64,000 bases of DNA from an uncultured Chloroflexia bacterium (GTDB taxonomy: Bacteria > Chloroflexota > Anaerolineae > Anaerolineales > UBA4823), in contig CAWGGJ010000003.1 of the NCBI GenBank assembly GCA_963822175.1, positions 666,287 to 730,286 on the forward strand. The letters run 5' to 3'. Every line of letters begins with the position of its first letter. Within the stretch, counting starts at the first letter, position 1. The position numbers and the translations under genes are program-made. This document shows positions 40,634 through 50,960 of the stretch, one piece after another. The notes below the pieces were generated by a model. It ran no database searches. It saw only the letters and a program-made list of their open reading frames with translations, and was not told the DNA's origin.

Positions 40634-41143
40634 CTACCAGGCTTCCTTCACCCGGTGATATGTTTCCTCCAAAAGCTCTGGCAAAACACGCGTTTGTGAT
40701 ATGGATGACATGAAGTTGGTATCTCCAACCCAACGGGGCACGATGTGCATATGTACATGATCCAGAATCCCCGCTCCGGCTGCATTGCCAATATTCATGC
40801 CTAAATTGAACCCCTGAGGTTTATATAAGATCTCCAATACCTTTAGTGCCCTGGCGCTCAGGTCCATGATGTCTAAACGAGAGCCAGCTTCCAATAATTC
40901 CAGGGATGACTTGTGCTCGAAGGGAACCACCATCAGGTGACCGCTGGTGTAGGGGAAGCGGTTCAACATCACAAACGCGTGCGGCCCGCGGAACACGATC
41001 AGGTTTCCCAGGCCGTCCGCCTGTTTCAAGCCGTTACAAAAAATACAACCGTCGTCCGATTTGGGAGACAAGATATATTCCATCCGCCAGGGAGACCAAA
41101 GATAATCCATTGTACAGGATAATTGTAGCAAAGAATCAGCCAT
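40634..41143 (-). CDS. HIT family protein
   Basis: Histidine triad HVHMHIVPR. The start is uncertain: ATG 41143 or ATG 41110 (MDYLWSPWRMEYI). Confidence 0.8.
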   Translation of the reverse strand: MADSLLQLSCTMDYLWSPWRMEYILSPKSDDGCIFCNGLKQADGLGNLIVFRGPHAFVMLNRFPYTSGHLMVVPFEHKSSLELLEAGSRLDIMDLSARALKVLEILYKPQGFNLGMNIGNAAGAGILDHVHMHIVPRWVGDTNFMSSISQTRVLPELLEETYHRVKEAW

Positions 41144-41189
41144 TGAGGAATGGTTGACATCTCAAAATAATACGGGTATCCTCATACGG

Positions 41190-42413
41190 ATGTCCCAAAT
41201 GCCCCTGTTCTCTCCCAATGCCCCGGCCTTCTGGACGGTGACAGACCTGACACGTTACCTGCGCGAGCTGTTTGAAACAGACGAATTGCTGCAGGATGTG
41301 TGGGTGCAGGGGGAGGTGTCGAATTTTTCGCGCCCTGCATCGGGTCACCTGTATTTCACCCTGAAGGATAGCTCCGCTTCCTTGCGCTGCGTAATGTGGC
41401 GCAACGCAGCCATGCGGCAAAGTTACCTCCCCCGTGATGGTGATGCCATCGAAGTCCATGGTGCCCTCAGCGTTTACGAGGCAGGCGGGCAGTACCAGCT
41501 GTATGCAGATATCTTCCGCCCGGCAGGCGAAGGTGCGCTATACCAGGAATTCCTGCGCCTGAAAGCCCTGCTGGAAGCTGAAGGGCTGTTCGACCCAGAA
41601 CGCAAGCGACCCATCCCAATAAGACCTAACCGGTTGGGGATCGTTACCTCTCCCACGGGGGCAGCGTTGCAGGATATGCTCAATACCCTGCGCAGGCGCT
41701 ATCCGCTGGTGGAGGTGGTGCTGGCGCCAACCCCAGTGCAGGGTGAAGAAGCCCCACTGGGAATCATTACTGCATTGCGAGATATTGTTAATATTGCCCA
41801 CCCCGAGGTGATCATCCTGGCGCGCGGGGGTGGATCGATCGAGGACCTGTGGGCCTTCAACGATGAAGGTGTGGCACGGGCTATCGCCGCCTCACCCGTC
41901 CCTGTCATCACCGGTATCGGGCATGAGACCGATTTCACCATTGCCGATTTTGTGGCAGACTTGCGCGCACCCACCCCTACTGCCGCGGCGGAGCTCGCCA
42001 CCCCCAACCAGGCTGACCTGCGCCTGGATCTTGCAGAGCTGAATGGGCAGCTAAATTCCCTGTTGCAAACCGCCCACAGTGAACTTCGTTGGTCACTTAA
42101 GGAGGTACAGAACCGCCTGGAGCGGAATTCACCTCTTGCGCGGGTCAATTCCAACATGCAACGAGTTGATGAGCTGGATCATCGCCTCACGGCATCCATC
42201 CAGCACCGCTTACAGCTCGACCAAACTCACCTGACGGGGTTGAGCCAACGTATGGTTGCGCTGAGCCCAATGGCAGTGCTGGAAAGGGGGTATGCCATCG
42301 TCACCAACCGTGGTGGTCAATCCATCTCCAAGGTGAGCCAGGTGGGCAAGGGGGAGGCATTGAGTGTGCAGGTCAGCGACGGGGATTTTAATGTCCATGT
42401 GGATGAAATATGA
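41190..42413 (+). CDS. xseA: exodeoxyribonuclease VII large subunit
   Basis: N-terminal OB fold (VWVQGEVSNF) and GRGGGSIEDLWAFNDE. The start is ambiguous: TTG 41154, ATG 41190 or ATG 41199. Confidence 0.88.
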   Translation: MSQMPLFSPNAPAFWTVTDLTRYLRELFETDELLQDVWVQGEVSNFSRPASGHLYFTLKDSSASLRCVMWRNAAMRQSYLPRDGDAIEVHGALSVYEAGGQYQLYADIFRPAGEGALYQEFLRLKALLEAEGLFDPERKRPIPIRPNRLGIVTSPTGAALQDMLNTLRRRYPLVEVVLAPTPVQGEEAPLGIITALRDIVNIAHPEVIILARGGGSIEDLWAFNDEGVARAIAASPVPVITGIGHETDFTIADFVADLRAPTPTAAAELATPNQADLRLDLAELNGQLNSLLQTAHSELRWSLKEVQNRLERNSPLARVNSNMQRVDELDHRLTASIQHRLQLDQTHLTGLSQRMVALSPMAVLERGYAIVTNRGGQSISKVSQVGKGEALSVQVSDGDFNVHVDEI

Positions 42414-42497
42414 TCAACATTCACTACTGGAAATGATATCCAAACAAGAATCATGAGGATCTGGTTATTGAAATAAGTAATAAATGGATTGAACCCT

Positions 42498-42878
42498 ATG
42501 ATAAACATCAACATCAAAAAAGATTGCGGTAATTCTCCAAAGAATCTGTTTCTGCAAAGGATGACGAGTGCTTTTGCCGAGGGTGACGTTGATACTATCC
42601 TTGAAGTTGTCGCAGAGGATTTTTGTTGGAACAAAATTGGTGAAAAGCGTATTCAAGGAAAAACTAACTTAATCAAAGAGCTAGATCACTACAGCCCTAC
42701 AAAAGTGGAAGAACTGACCATTCTGCATGCACTGACACACGGTAAAGCAGGTGCTGTGGACGGCATGATAAAATTCTCTGATGGAAAGATGGCTGCCTTT
42801 TGCGATGTGTATGAATTCACCAGCGCCAAAGGTGTAAGCATAAAGGAAATCACCTCTTTTATGATTGAATTGAAATGA
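42498..42878 (+). CDS. NTF2/SnoaL-like small protein
   Basis: About 126 aa with an alpha+beta cone-like pattern. AT-rich and weakly supported. Confidence 0.5.
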   Translation: MININIKKDCGNSPKNLFLQRMTSAFAEGDVDTILEVVAEDFCWNKIGEKRIQGKTNLIKELDHYSPTKVEELTILHALTHGKAGAVDGMIKFSDGKMAAFCDVYEFTSAKGVSIKEITSFMIELK

Positions 42879-42966
42879 AATTGATGGATCAATCCTCATC
42901 CGGGATGAGTAAGCGGTGGATAAATAATGATAGAGATAGAATTATCGTGCAACAAAGGAGTGAGTC

Positions 42967-43221
42967 ATGTCTCCAGCAAAATCAAAAGCAACACCAGATC
43001 AACCAGAGGTGGAAGGATTATCCTACGAGCAGGCACTGACAGAATTGGAAATGATCGTCAGCTCGCTGGAGGTCAACAAGCTCTCGCTTGAAGATAGCCT
43101 GGCACTTTTTGAACGCGGCCAGGTGCTGACCAAACACTGCATCGAGTTATTGGATAAAGCCGAGCTGCGCATTAAAAAGTTATCCGCTGATGGCCTCGTG
43201 GATGTAATCGTTGAAGATTAG
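42967..43221 (+). CDS. xseB: exodeoxyribonuclease VII small subunit
   Basis: LSYEQALTELE.IV..LE...L.LE.SL.LFERG pattern. AAGGAG RBS. Confidence 0.88.
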   Translation: MSPAKSKATPDQPEVEGLSYEQALTELEMIVSSLEVNKLSLEDSLALFERGQVLTKHCIELLDKAELRIKKLSADGLVDVIVED

Positions 43222-43230
43222 GGATATTTT

Positions 43231-43677
43231 ATGTCTGTCTTTCACAATGGTGTATTAATTGGGGGGCTGATCGCCTGGGCGATAGCCCAGACGGTTAAGG
43301 TGCCGATAGAATTCCTGCAGACCCACCGCTGGAACTGGGCGCTATTAGTCCAGGCTGGAGGCATGCCCAGCTCCCATGCTGCCCTGCTGGTAGCGGTCAC
43401 CCATGGGATCGGGCTCTTTGCCGGTTATGATTCACCGTTATTTGCCCTGGCATTTGCCATGTGCATGATCGTCATTTATGATGCCACCGGCATCCGGCGG
43501 CAGGCTGGAATACATGCCGAGATGATCAATGCCATGATCAACGACATGGCTGCTGGAAATCCATTAAAGGGAGAGCAGCTGCGGGAAGTGCTCGGTCATA
43601 CCCCACTGGAGGTGTTGGGTGGTATCCTGCTCGGTGTGATCGTCGCTCAGCTCACCTGGATGGCCTGGGTAAAGTAG
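43231..43677 (+). CDS. divergent PAP2 family membrane protein (DUF212/YuiD-like)
   Basis: GGMPSSHAA motif in a small polytopic protein. Confidence 0.8.
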   Translation: MSVFHNGVLIGGLIAWAIAQTVKVPIEFLQTHRWNWALLVQAGGMPSSHAALLVAVTHGIGLFAGYDSPLFALAFAMCMIVIYDATGIRRQAGIHAEMINAMINDMAAGNPLKGEQLREVLGHTPLEVLGGILLGVIVAQLTWMAWVK

Positions 43678-44680
43678 GCTCTTTGCTTTGTTTTAATACC
43701 TGCTGGCGCTCAAAATCGATCACCCGTTTCAGCGTGTCGTCCAGGGTGAAGTGAGGTTCATAGCCGATCAGCTGGTGGACCTTGGTTAGATCCGGCACCC
43801 GCCGGCGCATATCCTCGAAACCCGGGGCGTAGGCCTCCTCGTAGGGCACATAAATAATTTTGGACTGACTGCCCGTGGCCTGGATCACTCTTTCTGCCAG
43901 CTGGCGGATGGTCACTTCCTCCGTCGACCCCACATTGAACACCTGGCCGACTGCCGCAGGGTTCGTCGATAATTTGACCATTGCACCGACGATATCCGCC
44001 ACGTCGGCAAAACAGCGCGACTGCTCACCATCGCCATAGATGGTGATGGGCTCATTTGCCAATGCCTGGCGCACAAAGCGCGGCACCACCATGCCATAGC
44101 GACCCGTCTGGCGTGGACCGACGGTATTGAAGAAGCGCATCACCACCACCGGTAAACCGAACTGGTGGTAATATGCCAGCCCGAGGAATTCATCAATCGC
44201 CTTTGAGGTGGCGTAAGCCCAGCGGCTGTGGCTGGTGGGACCCATCACGCAATCATCCTCTTCATTAAACGGGACTTTAAGTCCCTTGCCATACACCTCG
44301 GAGGTGGAGGCCAGCATCACCTTGCAGCGGTAGCGGTTGGCTGTCGTCAGCACCGCTTCGGTGCCCATGATGTTGGTGGCAATCGTGTTCACCGGGTCTT
44401 CCACGATCAGCTTCACCCCCACGACAGCCGCCAGGTGGATGATAATATCTGCCTCACTGGTGAGGCGGTCCAACACCTGGCTGTTGGTGATGGTCTCACG
44501 CACAAACTGGAAGCCCGGCATGGGTAATAAATGGGCGATGTTCTCCAGGCTTCCTGTAGATAGATCGTCAATCGCAACCACCTGGTGGCCACTATGCACC
44601 AGTGATTCGCATAAATGGCTGCCAATGAACCCGGCCCCACCAGTCACCAAAATTTTTTCTTTCAGAATTTTCTCTTTCAT
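43652..44680 (-). CDS. NAD-dependent epimerase/dehydratase (SDR family, nucleotide-sugar type)
   Basis: TGGAGFIGSH and YATSK (YxxxK). ATG 44680 follows GGAGG. Confidence 0.88.
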   Translation of the reverse strand: MKEKILKEKILVTGGAGFIGSHLCESLVHSGHQVVAIDDLSTGSLENIAHLLPMPGFQFVRETITNSQVLDRLTSEADIIIHLAAVVGVKLIVEDPVNTIATNIMGTEAVLTTANRYRCKVMLASTSEVYGKGLKVPFNEEDDCVMGPTSHSRWAYATSKAIDEFLGLAYYHQFGLPVVVMRFFNTVGPRQTGRYGMVVPRFVRQALANEPITIYGDGEQSRCFADVADIVGAMVKLSTNPAAVGQVFNVGSTEEVTIRQLAERVIQATGSQSKIIYVPYEEAYAPGFEDMRRRVPDLTKVHQLIGYEPHFTLDDTLKRVIDFERQQVLKQSKEPTLPRPSR

Positions 44681-44807
44681 ATCATCCTCCAAGGTATGTT
44701 CTTATACAGATCCGACAGGTTGGGTTGAGGTATCCATGGAAAAGACAGCAAGCAACGTAAAATTATGCAACTTCATTGTCAGGTCTGATTTCCACGATAA
44801 GGTCTAC

Positions 44808-47244
44808 TCAGTGCTTAGCGCATTGTGACTGGGTAAATGTTTGGCTGGTGTTGCCGTCCAGATCGGAAACCATAAATCCCACCAGGTAATCTCCTGCAGG
44901 GGCATAAACGGCAGACCAGGTGAAGACGGTATCACTGCCGAAGGTGAACGTGTCGCCAGGCACTTCAACCACCTGGGTGACATTGCCGCTGGTATCCAAA
45001 TCCATCCATTTTTGCAGGATGGTGAAGGTATCTCCAGTCGGAAGGGGTGATCTCTGCGGGAGCACCGGCATCATCCGTCCCCTGGTAACCATATACCTGG
45101 GTCAGCTTGCCATCCATAAAGAGCAGCTGGGCAAATCTTTGCTCGCCTAAATCAGCAAAGGTATAGGTCCCATTGAGAGCATAAACAGCTTCTTCTGCTG
45201 TGGCACCATAGGTAGTGGGAGTGAATAATGCCAGCGTAGAAGATGTTCCATCTGAAACAGAAAACAGAGAGCCATCCCAGGTGAAGTTGATCTTGAACGA
45301 TTCACTATCCGGCCAGACCGGGTAATATATGCCGTTTAATTCGCGCGTTTCGGAGCTTTCTAGGTAATCCATATCCGCAACAAAGATCGAATTTGAGTTT
45401 GGATCATACAGCCCAATAAACAGGTACACATAGCCAATGTTCTCTCCACTGATGCTGGTGCTCAATTTTACCGATTCTCCAACAGAAAGCGAATCGCTCG
45501 AAGCTGTGATTCCTGATAATGTGATCGTCCCGGCCCCCGGTGCGCGGGAGTTAATCCCTGTGGTTGGGGCAACGGCTTCAGCGGCATCCGCAGTGAAGGA
45601 ACGGTCATTGTAGTGATACGCCAGGAAATCATCCCATAATGAAGAAGTAACAAAACGTTCGGCAAGGATATTGTAGGATTGCGGACCGGTATAAGGTGAA
45701 TTGTATGTGGTGGAGTTGGGGAAATAGATGGCAACCCCGGTGGAACCAGGCTTGCCCGTGCCATGTTTTTCGGCCACGATAACATTATTCATCGCCGTCA
45801 TGACCGCATCCGCGGCCTGGGTAACCTCATTACTATTTACCTCCCGGGAGACAAGCTGCACAAAGTGACCCAGGTCAATGTAGGATGGACCAGATTGCTT
45901 GCCAAATACACTGGTGTAGGATTGGGCATAGTTTCTTGCAGAAGCAATGATCGATTGGTCCTCGCTCTGTAATAGATAAGCAAAATTGTTGAATTGTGCC
46001 ATCAAGTCCGGTAGTGCATCCAGGTCCACTGCGGTGAGGGTTACACTGCGCCCAATTTGCTCTGCCAGCTGCCCGGCACTCACACTGTTGGTACTAAAAA
46101 AACTACCCATGGGTGAGCCCTGCCTGAGGAACTCCGCCCTGGCCTGGTCATCCACAATGCGCGAGTCCTGGTTTATATAAGTATCCACAACTTCTGAGGC
46201 CAGCTGTTGTGTGCTCATATCCGGGTTATCCACCAGCGCTTGCAGGAAAGCGGCATATGCCCATCCCAGGGATGGCTCAACTTCTTCCGAAGCTAGGGCT
46301 ATGTGAGCATGTGGCTGTAATGCTGCATACACTTCCATCTGGCTCATCAGGCAGGCATCCATGCCGATGATATCCAGCTTTTCCACCCCGGTCTGGCTGC
46401 TGATTTCCGAAAGCGCCTGGTCGATCTCAGATAGGAAAAGGAAATCCTCACCCAGGCCGGTGGCCAATGGGGCAGGACTGCTATCCCTGCCTCCCGGTGC
46501 CGGGTCGCTCCACCCACCCGGCCAACCCATGCCGTGGTCAGACAGCACCAGGGCATAGCGATCGGCAGGGTAATTTTGCATCGCCCAGGTGACAAAATCC
46601 ACCAGAGTATTTCCATCAGCCATATTCACTTCACCCAGGTCATCCAGCAGCTGCGAGTTGATGCGGTCGAGATCCTCATCCTGTGTCACCAGGTAGCGGC
46701 GGACAGATGTCCAGTCACCATCGCCCTGGTAGGCACCCCGGTAGCGATCCAGCTGCGCTACAATGGTCACCCGGTCGGTCGATCCAGCTCGCTCGGCTTC
46801 GTTCAGGTCGACAAAAATATCCTGCTCCAATACCTGGTCATCTGCATCGTCGTACAGCATGATCAACCATTTTTGACCTGACTGACCTGTGACGGGTACC
46901 CGGGTTGGGCGTGGCGTGTTGGTAGGACCGCTTTCCACCAGCGGACTGCTTTCGGTCGGTGGTTCGTAGAGTGGGGCAGATGTGTCCCCTTCACTCCCAC
47001 CGCCCCCACCCAGCAGGACATATAGAATGATGACGATGACGACGATCACCCCGCCACACCCACCCAGCTTACCTTTGGTGGGAATATTCATTCCGCCCCC
47101 CAGGCTGGGTCGATATGAGCCACCCCCGCTTCCGCCGGTTCCCCCAGTGCTGCTCGAGGGAGGCCTGCTTGGGGCTTCAGCGCGCTCAGTGGGTTTATCT
47201 GCCTTGCGGCGCCGTTGGACATCAATTTCAGGTTCGTTGCTCAT
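44808..47244 (-). CDS. membrane-anchored clostripain-like (peptidase C11, clan CD) protein, split by one frameshift near 45044-45047
   Basis: His/Cys dyad context LSDHGMGW and IIGMDACLM, one N-terminal TM helix, and GGAAGGAG RBS before ATG 47244. The C-terminal ~85 aa continue in another frame (ORF 44808..45092) across a G4/C4 run. Confidence 0.75.
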
Positions 47245-47386
47245 AGCGCATCTCCTTCCGGAGGTCATTGGTGATTATAGGATTGTAATACAATATTTTA
47301 TCCGATGATAAATGAAACATCACCCATTTTTCCCTCATCCATTTTAGTGGAGTCCATTTACTTAAAGCATTGTGATCAGATGGCTA

Positions 47387-47414
47387 TTGTAATTGTGAAT
47401 AATGGCGCGATAAT
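47387..47414 (+). promoter_or_regulatory. promoter candidate of beta-helix copy A
   Basis: TTGTAA, 16 nt, GATAAT. The same arrangement is conserved upstream of copies B and C. Confidence 0.45.
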
Positions 47415-47533
47415 AGGTATCAGCATCCGTATGTCCCACTATTTTGACTGAGGGAGATAGATATTCGGAAATATTAGAACCAGCCAAAGTGGAATTATCA
47501 TTTAATTGCGAGCATGAAGTGAGGAGGGTTACC

Positions 47534-50500
47534 ATGAGGAAAAAAGCTGCTTTCATAGTCCTTATTTTTATTCTTAGTCTTGGGTTGACACTTGCCTGGT
47601 TGTTAGGTGCACAGGCTTCTCCGGGTGTTGCCGCTTCTCCCTCTGCAGATCTGCACGTCTGCCTATCGGGCTGTTCATATGAAAACGTGCAGGATGCGGT
47701 GGATGCTAGCCATCGATGGGGATATCATCAAAGTGGCTGAGGGCACCTATACCGGTGTGAGTGCCCGCGAAGGGATCACCCAGATGGTCTACATCAGCGA
47801 GTCGATCACCATCCAGGGCGGCTACACCACGAGTGACTGGGAAACCCCAGAACCGGAGGTCAACATCACCACGCTGGATGCCAGGGGCAAGGGCGCGTGC
47901 TGTATATAGTGGGCATCTTTACTTCAAGCATCGCGGACTGCATATCACAGGTGGTAATGCCACAGGTCTTGAGCCTAACCAGAACGGTGGTGGGATTTAT
48001 ATGGATGCAAGTTGGAACTGGGACGAAGAACCAGCTCATTTACAGATAATCATATCTATGGAAACATAGCCAGCAAGGCGGTGGGGTCAATGATGACAGT
48101 TATGGCTCAGTGTATAGTGGAAACACCTTCAGCTCGAATTCTGCAGATGAGGGGTGGTGGGATGGCTACTAGATACTCTTCCCAATAAAGAACAACGTTT
48201 TGAGGAGAACAGCGCTTCTTCGGGTGGTGGACTGGCAGTACTGTATGGAAGTGTCATTCTGCAAGGCAATACTTTCACTGGTAATAGTGCTGGAAATTCA
48301 GGCGGTGGGTTGTTCAGCTACAATAGTGAATTGGTTTCTGACGCAGATAGTTTCAAATCAAATAGCGCACAATATGGTGGTGGATTGGCCATTTAAAACC
48401 CGATTGGCAGAGCTGGCAATATGTCAAAGTGGTCAATACCCTTGTTACAAACAACCAGGCTAGCGTAGAGGGAACGGGCATCTACATCTCCGGCATCTTG
48501 CTCCATTTGTGGCATACCACTCTGGCAAGTAATACCGGTGGGGATGGCAGCGGGCTCGCCATCGGTAACTACAATCCCGGGTCTGAAGCGTACATATCCA
48601 ATGTGGACCTACGCAATACGATTGTAGCGAGCCAAACCATCGGCTTGAACGTCAGCGACGGCAGCTCGGTAGCGTTGATAGCATCTTGTGGTACAGACCC
48701 CATCACCGTTACGAGGTACCTGCGGCAGAAGTGTCACTGGTCAACCAGCTTACCGGCGACCCAGATTTCAGCGACCCCGACAACGGCAATTTCCATATCG
48801 GCCCAGCTTCAGCTGCACGTGACACCGGGATGGTGAGTGGGTACCACCGACCTTGATGGATTCGTGCGTCCTATGGGGTTCGGTTATGACCTGGGTGCCT
48901 ATGAACATGCAGATGCTGCCTCAGCCTGCTTAAACGCCTTCGCTGAGCGGTGCCAATGTGGGCGCGAGCTAACTTATCAAATTGTTCTCACCAGCACCGG
49001 TGTGGGAGACATATCAATGTCGTGTTCACCGACACACTGGACAGCCCTGCCCGCGTCATATCAGTTGATCATGAAGGGAACTGCATCATCGAAGACCAGG
49101 TGGGGTGGTAGGGTCGTCTGTGAACCCGGTAACCTGAACATCGGTGATGTGATCAATGTCCTGGTTACAGTTGAAATTGACGCCAGTACGCCCTCAGACA
49201 GGCGCTGACCAACACGGTTACCGCGCGGTCAGACAAGGCTGGCACAGTACCCAGTCGATCATGTATGCCCAGGACTGTCACGTGCGTATCGGCGATAGCC
49301 CATCCGAATACACCTCTACCAGGCTGCTGTTGATGCGGCTTACCCTTTTGCTTGATCAAGGTGGCAGGCACCTGCGTCGGAGTGTTTGGACCAGAGGATA
49401 TCCGTCAACAGGTTTACCTGGATAAGAGCTGACCATCCAGGGAGGATATAACACCAGCAACTGGACCACGCCTGAACCTGAGACTCAACATCACCACTCT
49501 GGACGCTCTGCGGCCTGGGTCGTGTGTTCTATATCCTGGGTGATAGCGGCCTCAACACAATCACCATTGATGGCTTTGACATCACCGGAGGGAATGCTTA
49601 TGGGCAGATCGGAGACCACGATCCAAATGGGAGAAATGGAAGCTCAGGTGGAGGAATTTATATCTACGGTGGGAATGAACAGATCACGCTATCCAACAAC
49701 CACATCTATAACAACACAGCCAACGGCGGTGGGGGTTTGACCACCAGCTTCTGCAGTGGAACCCAACTCATCAATGACACCTTCACTGGTAACTACGCTG
49801 GGAGTGGAGGTGGTGGGTATTACCTGCATGCTGGTGGTGCTAATCTGACAGATGTGATCTTCGACTCAAATATTACCGCTGGTAACGGCGGAGGGATCGA
49901 TGTGATTGCTGGTAATGCCAATATCGTACGCGGAGCATTTATCAATAATCAAGCTGGTGGAATTGGTGGTGCAATGCGAGCTGAAATGGGCTGGTCTATC
50001 AACGAGTAAGTTATCTACTCCAATACAGCTAAGTATGGTGGCGGGATCGGAATATCTGATTTCACGAATTGGTCCACGTACACCAGCATCATCAACACAG
50101 AGATTGCTGGTAATTCAGCCAGCCAGGAGGGCTCGGGGGTATTCATCCCTTCGGGTCAAGTTTACATCTGCTTCATACTACCATAGCACGCAACACGGAC
50201 GGGGATGGGAGTGGTGTGACCTTGGTTGGTATGACTGGATGTCGCCAGGTGTCTCAACTTTGCTGATGACGGATACCATCCTTGCCAACCAAGAGGTGGG
50301 TATCAAGGTGCAGTGATGCCAGCACGGTCACGGTAAACAGCGTGCTCTGGTTTGCCAATACAGATGAACGTCTGGCAATCGGATGATGCCACGGTGTATC
50401 TGTCGAACGAACATACGGGCGACCCGCTCTTCCTCAACCCAGATTTCGGTGACTATCACATCGGCGAAACCTCTGCTGCCGGGATATGGGTGTGCCGAGT

Positions 50501-50615
50501 GGAGTGACGCTGGGATATAGACGGTGAGCGCCGCCCAATGGGTCCAGCCTGGGACCTGGGTGCAGACGAGTATTTTCTGAACTCGATCTTTCTGCCATTG
50601 ACCATACGTCATTAA
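47534..50615 (+). pseudogene. beta-helix/DUF11 surface protein paralog A, decayed (many frame changes)
   Basis: Homology to copies B and C is spread over at least 9 ORF fragments in all three frames. The RBS, signal peptide and C-terminal tail (IFLPLTIRH) are still recognisable. Confidence 0.8.
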
Positions 50616-50657
50616 TAACCTGGTAGTTTATAGCTGGTCTAACAGTTGATATAAAAC

Positions 50658-50687
50658 AACGCCTCGCTGATGCGAGGCGTTTGTTTT
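50658..50687 (+). terminator. intrinsic terminator after copy A
   Basis: AACGCCTCGC-TGAT-GCGAGGCGTT followed by TGTTTT. Confidence 0.75.
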
Positions 50688-50815
50688 ACTTGACACGATG
50701 GAATTATTCCCAAATTACTAACTGTTTCCTCCCCGTATCTGTGGTAAAATTTACACCTTTCTTAGGCGGACAGGATTTCCAATAAAAATCATTGATCCAT
50801 TGTGGTGTTGTGGAG

Positions 50816-50843
50816 TTGTAATTGTGAATAATGGCGCGATAAT
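50816..50843 (+). promoter_or_regulatory. promoter candidate of beta-helix copy B
   Basis: TTGTAA, 16 nt, GATAAT. Confidence 0.45.
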
Positions 50844-50960
50844 AGGTTCAGCATCCGTACATCCCACTGTTTTGACTGGGGTAGATAGATATTCGAAAAA
50901 ACATAATCAGCCAACGTGAAATCATCATTCAATCGCTAGTATGAAGTGAGGAGGGTTACC

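Noticed and set aside
47444-50316. Nine or more separate ORFs (47444..47740, 47607..47909, 47761..48069, 48154..48396, 48429..48836, 48837..49208, 49524..50009, 49906..50316 and others) as independent genes.
   Set aside because: They are consecutive collinear pieces of one homolog of the intact gene 54382..57498. They are therefore fragments of a single pseudogene.
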